A stretch of DNA of 248,000 nucleotides from Wallemia ichthyophaga EXF-994 (taxonomy: Eukaryota > Fungi > Basidiomycota), in the NCBI RefSeq assembly GCF_000400465.1, contig NW_008806276.1, forward strand, positions 20,001 through 268,000, given 5' to 3'. The translations under genes were made by a program, and so were the position numbers. Below, piece by piece: positions 14,866 to 27,520 of the stretch; the first letter of the stretch is position 1, and the number at the start of each line of letters is the position of its first letter. The notes below the pieces were generated by a model that was given only the letters and a program-made list of their open reading frames with translations, was not told the DNA's origin and did not search any database.

Positions 14866-14994
14866 ATGGTTAGATGGTTAGACTCTTAGATTATGGACTT
14901 GGTTGATACATTTTTATACACCAATTAGATATCATGTTTTCACCTATTATATCATACATACACTATTATACATATACACCTGAAAGAACTCCCA

Positions 14995-16994
14995 CTACAC
15001 CCTTCCATCAACACCACCACTCTGATAGTGGTACGACAGCGGGCGTGGCTTGGGTACATAAGTGTCAAAACAGCCTCTGCACCAAACCCAACCGTCAAAG
15101 TCAACTTTAGCGAAGCTATCGAGGTCTTTAGCGCAGCCACGACAGCGCAGACACTTGGAATGGTACTTTGTACCTGCCGGTCCGGGAGTGCATTCGAACA
15201 GTGTCAATTTCTCTCCGCACGACGGACAGCTCGACATGCCGCCAAAATGTGAACGAGAGAAGGGTGATGAGCGTGTAGCCCAGAGGCTTTTTTTAGGAGG
15301 AGAGGGTGTGTTGAGTGTTTTGTGGGATGTCTCACCACCTGAGCCTTTGGGTTGATTCACACCTACACTGTCGCCACTCCCGCGTCGCGCATTGAGCGTG
15401 CTGGGGGATGGTGTCAGTGTTGCATGCACCGCCTTGCCCAATTTGGGCGGTGTGTTGGTGTTGGTGTTGGTGGTGTAGGCATTGCGCAGTCCGGGCGAGT
15501 ATTCTTTGCGCTGGGGTGAGGTCTGAGGTGTGGTGTTCTCCCGGGGTTTGACTTGGGTGCTGCTACTGCCAACGCTACCGAGCGTCCATGTTACTTGCGC
15601 AGGTGCACACTCCTTATGCCCAAGTCTGCCATTTGTAAGCTTCACAACTGATAACTTCCCCTCCGTCCCTTCCCCGGCAAGCGTCTTGCCGCACTGCGCA
15701 CAAAGCAGACAGTCTGCATGGTATGTCCCTTCGCCCGGTACACTGACTATATGTGTTTGTGTTTGCATCTGTTTGTTTGAGTTTGTGTGCATTGCGCTGA
15801 TCGGACGTTTGCACTCGGCGCACTCCTCCGTATTCTCCTTATCTTGATGCACATCTCGCCTTCCACTCAGCTCGTCGTGGAAACTGGTTATGCTCTGCGA
15901 TCGACTGCGCACATTGCTCGGTCTGGGGAAGACATTTGAGTCGAGAGAGTACTTTGAGCTGCGCCGTGAAGCTCGATTTGGTGGTGAGTTAGGAGGAGAA
16001 GCGTACTTCTCGACGCCCTCGAAACCCCTTGCACCGACCAAATCTCTAGCCGACACGCGTCTTTCCTTCTTGTCGTGGTCTTTGACATAATTTTTCTCCC
16101 TCTCCGTTTGCTTTTTCTCGTCGAATTCGATACTGCGGTCGCGCGCAATATCAGCCAGATTCGCCAGACTTTCTCGCTGCTTCGGAGAGATGTTTGACGC
16201 TTCGGTGAGTTCAACGCCACTCAGCTGCTCGCCAAGCATCGAGACGCGACCAGAACGTCTGGGCGATGTCTTCACGTTGCTGTCTGAGTTGATATTTTCA
16301 TTTGCGTTGTTAGGTGCGCTCGCAAGACCTAGTCTGTGGTTCAAATCGCGCATGGCACTATCCATCGACGGCTTTTGGGCGACATTGCGACTCTGTCTGC
16401 GACCACTCTTGCTGCGTCTGATCTGCGCTCTGTATGCACTACCCTCGAAACAATCGATGCAACAAGGCCAGCCATCAAGATCGGTGATAGGATCATTCTT
16501 CAAACTAACCCCGCAACCATCGCAATTGAAGCAGTTTGAGTGGAATAAACCGCACTTTGTGTTGATGTACACACCTTCCACTTTGAGTTCACCAATGACA
16601 GCTTTGCGACAGACAACACAGTCGCCTTTGCTGAAATTGGCGACGTAGCAGTGGTAGCAGAATGCTCTGCTCTCTGTACTGCCAATATCGTCGTGTGGGT
16701 GGATGTAGAGAGTGGAATTGGGTGGAAACGGGGTAGAGCATGACATACATACGGGGTGAGTGGTTGGAGACTCGGGTGAGAGGACGCTGCCAACGAGTTT
16801 GGTGAGTGTACCATCGGCAGTTTCGAGGAGTGGAGAGGCTGGACAAGAATCAGGTAATTGATATTCAACCTGTGGCTGCTGATTACTATCAAACACTTCT
16901 GGTCTGTTACGCCTGTTTGTGTTGTTGTTATTCCTGTTGCTGTTGCTGTTGCTGTTGCTGATGCTGCCGCTCGTGGACTTTGGTGGTTCAACAT
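14995..16994 (-). CDS. LIM-domain zinc-finger protein
   Basis: Several CxxC...HxxC..CxxC LIM motifs (CVVCRK...FHSNCFNCDGC; CPSCG...YHSKCLRCRGC). Confidence 0.75.
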
Positions 16995-17364
16995 AACTAG
17001 AAAATATTAGTTGTGACAGCTACACACATACACGCCCAACTCACGTCCTTATCCAGCTATCAGATCTCTTGGTCTGGGATGGCCATTTCACTTGTCCGCC
17101 TGGATTTGGATGTAAATAACGCGAAATTTAAATTAATTCAAAAACCCACCGACTGCTACACCGCCGCACTTTTTACATCTCTCGTCCTTCTTGCAGATAT
17201 CACCACAGCGCGAGCAGAATGGCATTTGTGGTGGTGTTGGCGGTGGTGGTGGTGGTGGTGGTTGAGAGTTAAGAGGGAAGATTGAGTGATGGCGGAGATA
17301 GCAGGAGATGGCTGGAGATAGATGGAGATAATAAGTCGATGTGCCTCTCTATCCTCAACCACCA

Positions 17365-17946
17365 ATGTCGAGCTCAATCGTCTTTGACCACTTATTCACC
17401 TGCGACAGTATAGACAAAGATGGCAAGAAGTTCGATAGAGGTTGGTTACTTGTATTTTACTAGGCTTCGTCTAATAACCCGTTCAAGTGGCCAGAATCGG
17501 TGCAACTTCGACAACGCCAAACTTGAATTGCATTATTGATTTGCCTGTTGAGGTTTTCAGTTTGGCGGAGAATGAGAAATTCACAATGGCTTTGTCTACT
17601 TCGCTGTCTAATGATAGTACTGCACAAGCCCAGGGACACGGTTGGAGGCCTGTGAGTTGAGAGAGGCAGCCAATCACGCCCACTCATACTTACTTTCACA
17701 GGGCATGGATAACCAAGGTCTGGCTGCCGATTACGAGTATGTCTGTTTCGGCAAGGTTTACAAGTTCGACGAAGGAAAGCAGGAAATAGCGTGTGTAACG
17801 GTATTTACGTTTCACTTCACACTCTCACACTCTCCAGCACTGCTTATATCTCTTTCGGCGGTTTATTACTCGCAATCACCGGTCATGTCCGCTACTTGAG
17901 CGATATCAGCGTAGGAGAGGATCTTTATTTGCTTGTTCGCAGATGA
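17365..17946 (+). CDS. RPB8: RNA polymerases I/II/III shared subunit RPABC3
   Basis: FTCDSIDKDGKKFDR, LAADYEYVCFGKVYKF, DLYLLVRR; introns. Confidence 0.85.
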
Positions 17947-18058
17947 TTATATTTATTTATTCGTATTAGCATCTTTTTGCGACTGTTTAGGCTTATTTAC
18001 GCTTATTTTAAGCCTATTTTACGCCTATTTTACACCTATACACCCCTATTTACCCTCC

Positions 18059-21000
18059 TCACTCACCCATTTCTATCTGCTCCCGGAGCATTTTACTCTC
18101 ATCATTCATCGCCGTTATCATTTGCTCGTAACTACGCTCTATCTGCGCTATCTTGCTGTTATGTGCTTTGTGTAGCGCTTCGGTGGATATATTCCCACTG
18201 TTAAACACCGTCTCATCCCCCATACTCTTCAGTTTGGCTTCCGCTGCTGCGCGTCCGTCCTTCTCATGTAACAGTACCTTGCGCAACTCTCCCACTTCAA
18301 CCTCCGCTTGTCTCATCCTCTTCAGTGCCGCATCCAGGTTATTATTCTGTTCCTGCATTTTGTAGTTACGCTCGTTCAGTTCGTCGTTTAGCCCCGTTGT
18401 TGCCTCTGTCATGCTCTTCTGTACTGCTTTCATCGATTCTATATCTCCCATCAGTTTCATGCACTTGGTGCGTGAATCTGACAGCATTCCCTCCAGTCCT
18501 TCTTTGTCTGATGTGTATTAGCAACTACGTAATCTCATTCTCACTTTACCCACGGCTATGCGCAGCTGAAAGCTGCATGAATGAAGATTGTGTTGATTCA
18601 CGCAGCACTTCAATCTCATTTCGAAGCTGAGCCACATCTGAGAAAATTTGTCAGACAAGTGATTTCTTCAAACCCATACTCTCACCCACCTTGCTCGCTA
18701 TGCATGCTCCTCATTCTCTCCTTCACTTCTGCCAACTCCGCACCCATTCTGCTAGCGTCGTCGACCTGTTTTTCGAGCACTGTCACTCTCTCCATAAACG
18801 ACGGCAGCTCTTCCAGTTGCATCTTGAGACTTGCTATTTCGGACGAGCTGTCCTCCTTCGTTCCCTCCAGCTCTTTGATCCTACTGTGCAGCGCTTCCAT
18901 CTCACCACTCTTACTTGCCACATCCTCCTCCAATTTCTGAATTACCTCTTGCGATGAAGCATCGTTTGATATACTTTCGTTTAGGGTATGTAGCTGTTCT
19001 TTTAGATTTTCATTCGAAGCATGTGCTTCGTGGGCTTCTTTTAGTGCTTCTTCGTGTCTGTGTTTGTGATTCACCAATTCAGTTTCTGCCTTGTTAAATT
19101 GACTCTGAAGAGCGATTAATTTCTCCTCCTTTTCATCGCGCTCATGCTGCTCGCGCTCCTGCAGCGCCTGCAGCTCCAGCGTTTGTTGCTCGAGTGTACT
19201 AGCGCGTGTCAGAGCTTCTGCAAGCTTTTTGCTAGTGTCATCCAGTGCCTCCTGCAGTGCGTGTGTGTTATTACCACTATCACTCGCCTTCTCTTGCAGA
19301 CTTTCCATCCTGCTTTCATACGCCTTCATATCCACTTCATGCTGCGCTGCACTCTCTTCCAGCTCCCTGATGCGAGTATTGGCTGCGTCCTGCTGAGTGG
19401 AGAGTGAATCGTAATGAGCAGCGCTCTCCTCCAGCTCTTTGATGCGTACAGCGGCTTTTTCGTGTTCTGCATAAAGCAGCGCATGTTGCGCGGCACTCTC
19501 CTCTAACTCCCTGATGCGTTCGCTGGCTGAGTCGTATTGGGTGTAAAGCACTTCATGCTCAGCTGCACTTTTCTCTAGATCCTTGATGCGCGTCGTTGCT
19601 GCCTTGTGTTCTTCAGATAGTGCGTGGTGTTGAGTGGCACTCTCTTCCAACTCCTTAATGCGAGAAGTGGCTGCCTTGTGCTCTTCAGATAATAGGCCAT
19701 GCTGCGCAATACTCTCCTCTAACTCTTTAATGCGAGACGTAGCTGCCTCGTGCTCTTCAGACAGCGAGCTGTGCTGAGCGGCACTTTCCTCCAGCTCTTT
19801 AATGCGAGTAATGGCTGACTCGTACTCTTCAGATAACAGACCGTGCTGCGCAATGCTCTCCTCCAGCTCTTTAATGCGCCAAGTAGCTACTTGATGCTCT
19901 TCAGAAAGCAAGCTGTGTTGAGCAGCGCTATCATCCAATTCTTTGATACGAGAAACAGCAGCGTCGTATTGTTGAGACAGCAGGCCTTGTTGAGCGATGG
20001 TTTCCTCTAAGTCCTTGATACGAGCACTTGCTGAATCATGCTCGTTGGATAATGAGCTGTGTTGCGCAGCACTCTCCTCCAGCTCCCTGATGCGAATATT
20101 GGCTGCGTCATGGTTTGCAGCTAGCTGAGCGTGTTCTTGTGATACCTCTGACACCTCCTCCAATGCCACTATCTTCTCTTTCAATTGCGCTACGTCCTCT
20201 GCATGTATCCTGAGTTCTGCTACTGTCTGCTCCAATTCCAAAACACGAGTGTTGTGCATGTCCATTTGATCTGCGTTTTCATCGCGTGCTTTGAGAATTT
20301 CTTCCAATTCTTGGATTCGTGTGGCAGCAGTGTTGTCATATGAATCATGTATCTCCAGTATATCCTTCCTTTCCTGCTTATCTTTCTCATACTCAGACAC
20401 TCTCGTCTCAAGGGTTTCCAACATCTGCGCGCGTTCTTCAGCGACAGTATACTCGTGGTCAAGTTTAGCCTGAGTGTCGAGTAGACTCTGCTGGGCGGTG
20501 TGGAGGGCATGCGAATCAGTGTCAGCAGTCTCTCCAGCTTCGAACCCTTTATCGCCAACATGTCCAGCCGCAATGACGCTTTCCAATTCTGCAATACGAG
20601 CATGAGCGTCAGCGTCAGCGTCAGTGTTGGTATTGGCATTGGAATTGGCACTGCGCTCTGCGTCTAGCTCCGCACTGAGTGACTCAATGTGAGACTGAAG
20701 CTGAGCTATCTTCTCCGAGGCGGGAATAGAGCGAGGAGCGCCTGGCTTGCCCATAGCGCTTCCAGGCCTGCCTCCACCCACGGCGCTCCCGGGTCTGCCC
20801 ATTGCACTACCGGGTCTGCTCGGTACATCGTGGGAGAGGGAGCGCGACACGGATGATCTGCGAGTGGCGGATGCGGGCTGGGGCGAGGGTGCAGCCGATA
20901 GCCGCGATGTTGGTCTGTGAGGAGCGTTGGCGCTGCGTGTTGCTGGTGATGGGGTTGGTCTGGGTGCACTGCTGGCACTGCTGGCACTGGTAGTACCGGT

Positions 21001-21258
21001 AGATGTGCGCGTGGTTGTTGCACCGCGTCTGGCGGCCGCTGTCGCTGTAGATGGTGCCACCTTCCTCACCGTCGTCGGCGTGGCGGTCGTCGCTGACTTG
21101 GCTGGCACTCTGCGCGCGCCTGCGGTTACACCTGCTTTCACTCTTCTGTTTACATCGTTAGCGCACTCGTCTTCGCCTTGTTCCGCTCCCGTCTTACGGC
21201 TTGTCTTCTTCTTGCACTGGCGATCCCATATCGTGGTTTGAAACAAAGAAAGAAACAA
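18059..21258 (-). CDS. Long coiled-coil protein with basic S/T/R-rich N-terminus and 21-aa repeats
   Basis: 858-aa ORF plus downstream exon; repeated RIKELEESAAQH. Confidence 0.6.
19370..20130 (-). repeat. Degenerate 63-bp (21-aa) tandem repeat, about 11-12 units
   Basis: EEHxAATxRIKELEESxAQHxxLS periodicity. Confidence 0.8.
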
Positions 21259-21315
21259 AGGAATATTGTAAATAATTTTATTGTATATTTATTTAGTATT
21301 GATATTACTCGATTG

Positions 21316-22806
21316 TTAACGCTGCTGTCGTTGTCCTTGTTGCCCTTGTTGCCCTTGCTGTCGTGGCCGTTGCTGCTTATATCGAGGCTGTGGAGAGTGT
21401 GGATAGACCATCTGCGGTGATTGGATAGGTGATGCGGCGGCGTTGTGGGCATTGTAAGCACCTAAAGCATCACCTAAACCCCCGGCCACTCCTCCAGTGC
21501 TCCCTCCAAACATCTGCATATGCGCTGCTTGCGCCTGCATTTGCCACTGTATTTGCCACTGCGCCTGCCACTGCATCTGCATCTGCATCTGCAACTGCAT
21601 CTGAGCATTGAATTGCGCATTAAAAGGGCTGTCCCTGCCGGTGTCTACTGGAGGTGGTCGCGTCACGGATGGTGGAGTGCGCGTGTCTGTTTTGGGAGTG
21701 TTATTCCTGCTGTTGTTCTGTGACTGCGATCGCGTAGGTGACTTGGGACGCAAGTTATCGATTTCCTGCGTAAGCGGTACGAGATTTGTTCCATTGTTAG
21801 GGAATCGCTCGCTCCATTCTTTGGCGTCGAACAGCTCGACGCCGTGAGGAGGCGTGTACGGTGTGTCTCCAGCGCTACCTGCGCCCTCCAAACCCACAGT
21901 TAACCAGCCTCTGCGTGCTTCGTGTGGTGTGCCAAATAACGCTAGTCGACGTGTACCACTGCAGAATGTCTCTATCAGCGCTAGTAGCTCGGATGGCTTC
22001 TGCTTCGATGACTTGGCTATGATGGTGTCTACGTCTATGTTGCAGTTGACAAAGTGCGAGTCTGATGCACGGCGTACTGTACCGCGTATGCCCATTAAGC
22101 AGTGCTGTTTGGTACGTTTGAAGAGTGTGTCTGAGGTTTTATCCTCGAAAACCTCGTCATCATTCGCATCCTCCTCATCGGCCGTAGTTTCCACCCATAT
22201 CACATCCTCGGCCCGTCTATACCCCCACCTTGCAAGCAATTCTCTGCCCTTCTCGAGCCCGTCATCGCCACCACTGCCGACCCAGACAAAGACGAAACTG
22301 GGATCAGCCGAGAGCTGGCGGATGGGGAGAGTAGCGAGAGCATCCCAAGTCCATTGAGAACCCTGAACTTGAGCTGACTGTGAGCCTGCCAGTGGAGGAT
22401 CGATGCAAATAACATCAAACTTGCTGCCCAAATTAATAACATCAAACAACCGAGAATGCTCGTGGGGCGATGATGGGATAGCTTCGACCAGGTTGAATGG
22501 GAGGTACGTTGGCGGGTATGAGTGCTTCTCAATGAGCTCCCCTTTCAACGCGAGTAGGTGCTTTAACCGCGGATACTCATCGAATCGCCCTTCTCTGTAC
22601 GCGTTTATGATCTGATCTTGCGGCCGTATTAACGTGTTCACATATGCTAAGCTGAAGTCATTACGCATCGACTCTTCTTTCGCACTGTATCGCTCCCCAT
22701 ATGCTAATCGCTTCTGCTTCTTGTCCTCGGGGAGTTCCTCTGTATACGCTGACGCTGACAGCTTGTCGCCATTCTCAGTCTTATTCTTATTCTCATCCTC
22801 TCTCAT
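21316..22806 (-). CDS. MT-A70 family protein, METTL14/Kar4-like m6A writer subunit
   Basis: FDVICIDPPL, PSFVFVWVGSG, WGYRRAEDVIWV, KQHCLMGIRGTVRR, CNIDVDTII. Confidence 0.8.
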   Translation of the reverse strand: MREDENKNKTENGDKLSASAYTEELPEDKKQKRLAYGERYSAKEESMRNDFSLAYVNTLIRPQDQIINAYREGRFDEYPRLKHLLALKGELIEKHSYPPTYLPFNLVEAIPSSPHEHSRLFDVINLGSKFDVICIDPPLAGSQSAQVQGSQWTWDALATLPIRQLSADPSFVFVWVGSGGDDGLEKGRELLARWGYRRAEDVIWVETTADEEDANDDEVFEDKTSDTLFKRTKQHCLMGIRGTVRRASDSHFVNCNIDVDTIIAKSSKQKPSELLALIETFCSGTRRLALFGTPHEARRGWLTVGLEGAGSAGDTPYTPPHGVELFDAKEWSERFPNNGTNLVPLTQEIDNLRPKSPTRSQSQNNSRNNTPKTDTRTPPSVTRPPPVDTGRDSPFNAQFNAQMQLQMQMQMQWQAQWQIQWQMQAQAAHMQMFGGSTGGVAGGLGDALGAYNAHNAAASPIQSPQMVYPHSPQPRYKQQRPRQQGQQGQQGQRQQR

Positions 22807-23087
22807 CTGTACACGTCCTCATCGCCTTATAGGAGGGCTTTGTTGAGCAAATTCTATTTCCTCTGATTAGCTGCAAAATTTTACATTTCTTTTCTTCTCT
22901 TGGATGCTTGTGGGGATTCGTTTGTTCAGCTTCTCTTCTGCGTTTCATTCAGTTTGCTCGGTATTCATGACGTCAACTGGGTCACTCAATCTACGCAATG
23001 AAAAGCCTAGCGCTTTTTTTGAGCGTGCGGAAATTGCAACATGAAGGAAAAAAAAAAACCCCTTTTTTCCAAGAAAAAAGGGAAAAA

Positions 23088-23186
23088 TGGTAGAACTGGG
23101 ACTCGAACCCAGGACGCCTGAGGCAGCCGGAAAACTTAAGATAAATTACTTAAGCCGACCCGAATAACCAACTATCGGATTCTACC
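23088..23186 (-). tRNA. tRNA-Leu(TAA) with about 17-nt intron at 37/38
   Basis: GGTAGAA/TTCTACC acceptor stem, GTCGG-CT-TAA-G anticodon arm, long variable arm, GGTTCGAGTCC B-box, downstream T-runs. Confidence 0.93.
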
Positions 23187-23549
23187 ATAGCAACAGAATG
23201 GCAAAACCGCCATACTATTCTTGCATAAGCGATATCGGTGGGCATTACATTTATAATTGAATGTGTTAGAAACTCTCAATTTTTCAGAAAGTTTTGTTGG
23301 CTGTCAATTTCAGCACTTGTCTTACAAATTTTTAGCCCACACTCAAACTTAATACCTCAGAACTGCGATGAGATGGTTTATGAGGCGTTGTTTACCTCTT
23401 GAAAGTGCGAAAAGTAACAATTTAAAAACAAAGACTAATTTTTACCCCTCGATTACCCCTACACGCTCAAACCCGCACACATAAAGCAGGGTAATTGAGT
23501 TGATACACTTTATCGCATCGACGCTCAACGCACAACACACAACCGACTA

Positions 23550-24278
23550 ATGAATATGTCATTCACGCTGGGATTGATTGTGGGACAGCTCAGCGTGATT
23601 GCATTGCTGATGTTGATAATAAAGTATTTCATATTCAGCGATGTGGATGTGGCGATAGAGAAGCGTCGTCGGAAGAAGATGAAAGGGGAATTGCGCGCGG
23701 AAGGTGAGGAAGGTGAGGAGGATACGAAAGGGAGTACGGAGAAAGAGGAAAGCGTCGAATGGATGAATCTGCTACTAAAATCGTTGTACGCTGTTTATCG
23801 GCAGCATTTCAATAAAGTGGGCAAGGAAAAGATAGAGGAGATGCTAAATAGACGCAGAGGGGGAGTTATGGACAGAATCATCGTCAATGACGTCGGTATT
23901 GGTGACAAGTATCCTAATTTCAGTAATGCACGCTACACACAAGGAAAATGCTACTTGGATTTTGATTATAACGACGAATTGGAGCTGGATGTCACAACGA
24001 AGCTGATGATAAACTACCCGAAGCCGAGATTCGGGAGCATTCCAGTGGACGTGGTGATACGGCTGATAAGGTTTAGTGGGAGTGTATGGGTGGAGGTGGA
24101 TGGAGGGGAAATGACGGTGGGGCTCTCGAGCAACTACAACCTCAACATCAAGTGCCAGAGCTACGTCGGCAGCCGCGCAAAGCTGAAGGATGTGCCCAAG
24201 ATCGAGGAATTGATATACAACAATCTCGACAACATCCTCACCAACAAGCTATCCGAGTATAAATTCAAGATCGTGTAG
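23550..24278 (+). CDS. MMM1: ERMES subunit Mmm1 (SMP domain)
   Basis: FTLGLIVGQLSV, ESVEWMNLL, GDKYPNFSNAR, RAKLKDVPKIEELI. Confidence 0.85.
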   Translation: MNMSFTLGLIVGQLSVIALLMLIIKYFIFSDVDVAIEKRRRKKMKGELRAEGEEGEEDTKGSTEKEESVEWMNLLLKSLYAVYRQHFNKVGKEKIEEMLNRRRGGVMDRIIVNDVGIGDKYPNFSNARYTQGKCYLDFDYNDELELDVTTKLMINYPKPRFGSIPVDVVIRLIRFSGSVWVEVDGGEMTVGLSSNYNLNIKCQSYVGSRAKLKDVPKIEELIYNNLDNILTNKLSEYKFKIV

Positions 24279-24361
24279 CCATTGTAAAATAAAATTGATA
24301 ATCGCCTTCAATTCGGACTCTTTTCAGCGATCATCCGCCATCACCTGCGATCACCGAGTGT

Positions 24362-24920
24362 TTGATGAGCCAGAGCCAACAGCTGCCGACGCTCGAGCCC
24401 AAGGCATACAGTTCACTAGCGATAAACCAGAAGAACATAGTGGAGCTGAGTGGCGACAAGGATTTGTACCTGTTCAAGCTTGACAACATATCCCATCACC
24501 AGCCGAGCGAGCAGACGCAGAAGAAAGAGCCGTCCAAGTCTGAGCTGGTAGCTAGGAGATATATGACAGACTCGACTACGCCGTCTTCGTCGAGGATGTC
24601 GAGTGTGCCGAGCGTGTCGAGCGTGTCCATGTCGACACTATCCACGTTATCAAGGGACAGGGACACCCGCAATCACGCTCACGCTCACAGCCCGACGAAT
24701 CGGCAGCCACTGGCGTGTATCGGGTGCAGGAAGCAGAAACTAAAGTGTTTGGGTGGCAAGCCATGTCAGCGCTGTGACAAGAGAGGTGAGAGTGTTCTCT
24801 GTGGTCCTATCCACCCATCTGACTTTCTCAATTCCAGGCAAAGACTGCGTATACGATACGCAAGTGCGAAGACGTGGCCCAGACAGAATAGCAGGCGGAA
24901 GGCTCAAGCCGGGGAGCTGA
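24362..24920 (+). CDS. Short Zn2Cys6 binuclear-cluster protein
   Basis: ACIGCRKQKLKCLGGKPCQRC + intron 24786-24837 + KDCVYDTQVRRRGPD, then stop. Confidence 0.7.
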
Positions 24921-25014
24921 TGCGATTATATTTATTTTATTACCCTTGTCCATTGTCCATTGTACCTGTACTATCTACACGCTCTTTATTCAGTTCCACC
25001 AACTCAACTGAATT

Positions 25015-25952
25015 ATGTCATTTTTCAAATCCGTCGGCGACAACGCCAAGAAGTTTTCCAGCCAGGGATTCGATATGGCTAAATCTGGCGCTAATTCTGC
25101 TTCCTCTTTCGCAGGCGATATCGCTAAACGACCTGAACTTGATTTCAGTCTGCCGAGGGAATGCGACAAAGCGGCAGAAATCCTTCAGTCTTTTCTAGCT
25201 AATCCGGATGACCCACTAAGTGCACTGAACAGCATTCCCAAAGCTGTACTCGAGCGTGCTAGCGGTTTGGCCGTGTTCAGGATAATCAAGGCGGGTTTTT
25301 TAGTAACGGGCCGCGCAGGTAGCGGTATAGTTATTGCTCGACTAGATGACGGTACTTGGTCAGCGCCCTCGTGTATAGCTACCGGTGTGAGTTGGCTTGT
25401 TTGTTGGCGTGGTTTACACCGTCCACACCCACACCGCACTCACACCCTACACAGGGCGTCGGCTGGGGTTTGGCAGTCGGTGCGGACATTACAGATTTCG
25501 TTGTTGTCCTCAACTCGAAAGACGCAGTTGACGCATTCACTTTGGCTGGCAATCTCACTATAGGAGGTAACATATCAGCGTCGGCTGGTCCTTTGGGTAC
25601 TGGCGGGGGAGTGCAAGCTGCGTTATCCGACCCCTCACCTCTATTCTCGTACTCCAAGTCGCGCGGCCTCTTCGCAGGCGTCAGTCTCGAAGGTACTGCT
25701 ATCATGGAGCGGAGAGATACAAACAGTGCTTTCTACGGCACTTCTATCCCCGCTAAAGACATTCTCGGCGGTCGTATACCCCCTCCCCAAATTGGTGAGA
25801 AGATGTACACCGTTATCGAGAACGCGGAGGACGTCGACGAATCGTCTGTGCCTTCTCGAACTCATGTTCCCCCTCCGCCACCCGGTAACTCCTCACAATC
25901 ACCTGCAACGTCTAGAGGACAGACCCTTTTCGACGCTGAAGGTAGATCTTGA
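25015..25952 (+). CDS. Ysc84/SYLF (DUF500) domain protein
   Basis: KAGFLVTGRAGSGIVIARL, YSKSRGLFAGVSLEG. Confidence 0.85.
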
Positions 25953-26239
25953 TGGCGTGAGCTGAGATGTGCGCCAGAATATGCAAGGAGGAGAGACGGG
26001 TAGATTTGGAACTTTTATAGCACACTGAGCACTCTGAACAATTTTTACATCATTTGATTCATCTGATTTACGTGTACGACTTGATTCATTCAACTTGATC
26101 TCTATCTACGTGAGATATCTTCTAAATCATCGTCATGTTTTGTGATTTGTTGTGAAGTATGATGTCATGTAGTGTTTGATTACAACGAGTGAGAGAAAGT
26201 AAGAAAGGAGAAAGTCGTCAAGTGAGATGTGTCGTTAGC

Positions 26240-27265
26240 CTATTTATAATCATAGAACCCTTTCCCAGATTTCCTGCCAAAGTTTCCAGCCTGTACGAGT
26301 TCATCGAGGAGAGGGATATCCTTGACAATATCCTTGTCAATGCCAGTAAGCTCGCCTTGCTCTGAATATGCTTTTTCTTTCCAGCCTTCGAGAATATGTT
26401 TAAGAGTGTCCAAGCCTATAAAATCACAAAGTTGGAAAGGGCCCATGGGATGGCCAGCGCCGAGCATCATTGCAGTGTCGACATCTTGCACCGACGCGTC
26501 ACCTCTCTCGACCAAGCGAATAGATTCAGCGAGGTAAGGCACGAGGAGGCGATTAACGATGAAACCCGGGGTATCGGCACAAGCGACGGATTTCTTGCCG
26601 AGTTGGGTGATGAAAGTGTTGAGGCGATCCTTTGTGTCTTGGTTTGTGAAAGGGGTGGAAATCACTTCAACCAAAGCCATTTGAGGGACAGGATTGAAGA
26701 AGTGTAAACCAGCAAAAGATTTCTTACGTGATTCACCAACTAAAGCTGAAATTTCAGAAACGGAGAGAGACGAAGTGTTAGTAGCGAAGATGGTGTTAGG
26801 ACTTGCAAGCTTATCGATGGCAGCGAATAGATCTTGCTTAATGCGAAGATTTTCAATGATTGCCTGGAATTGTTAGTGAATAGACAAAGTCATGGATATC
26901 CAAAAACCCACCTCAATGACGATATCAGATTGAGATACGGCGATTGAAGGGTCAGTGGTTAGATTGAGGTTTGTGAGAGTGTTTTCAATGTAATCTTCCT
27001 GTTGCTGAACGCTCTCGGCAAATCTCTTCTTAGCAACACGTGCAAGGCCTTTCTTAACGATAGCATGACCGTTATCGATAGCTTGATTAGAGACATCAGC
27101 TAAAGTAACTGAATGACCAGACATTGCACTGGATTGAGCTATTCCAGCTCCCATTAAACCCGCACCGAATATTGTAACTTTAGTGTGTGATATTGGTGTT
27201 GTATGGAGTGTGCGTAGGTGGCTGGTTAAACCAATTAATCTACGTGAAGCAGATGATTGTAACAT
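26240..27265 (-). CDS. 3-hydroxyacyl-CoA dehydrogenase, mitochondrial
   Basis: IFGAGLMGAGIAQ, DTPGFIVNRLLVPY, GAGHPMGPF, GRKSGKGFYDY. Confidence 0.92.
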
Positions 27266-27520
27266 TTTTAAATTTAATTAGTTATATCTTTGTTGTTTCT
27301 GTGTGTAGGTTGGGTGTGTTGGGTGCACTCTTACAACCATCATCATCACCTGCGTCATTTGAAATTATTTGTTTAATCAGTTAATCAGTCAATCTGATAA
27401 TGAATCAAGATGGTAATGATCCCGATAACCCAGATATCTCAAAACAACCTCCCATTGGTTCAAGAGCAGCGCGTGAACAGCACCAAGAACAACGCGTACG
27501 ACAGCGAGGGTGGGTGAATA

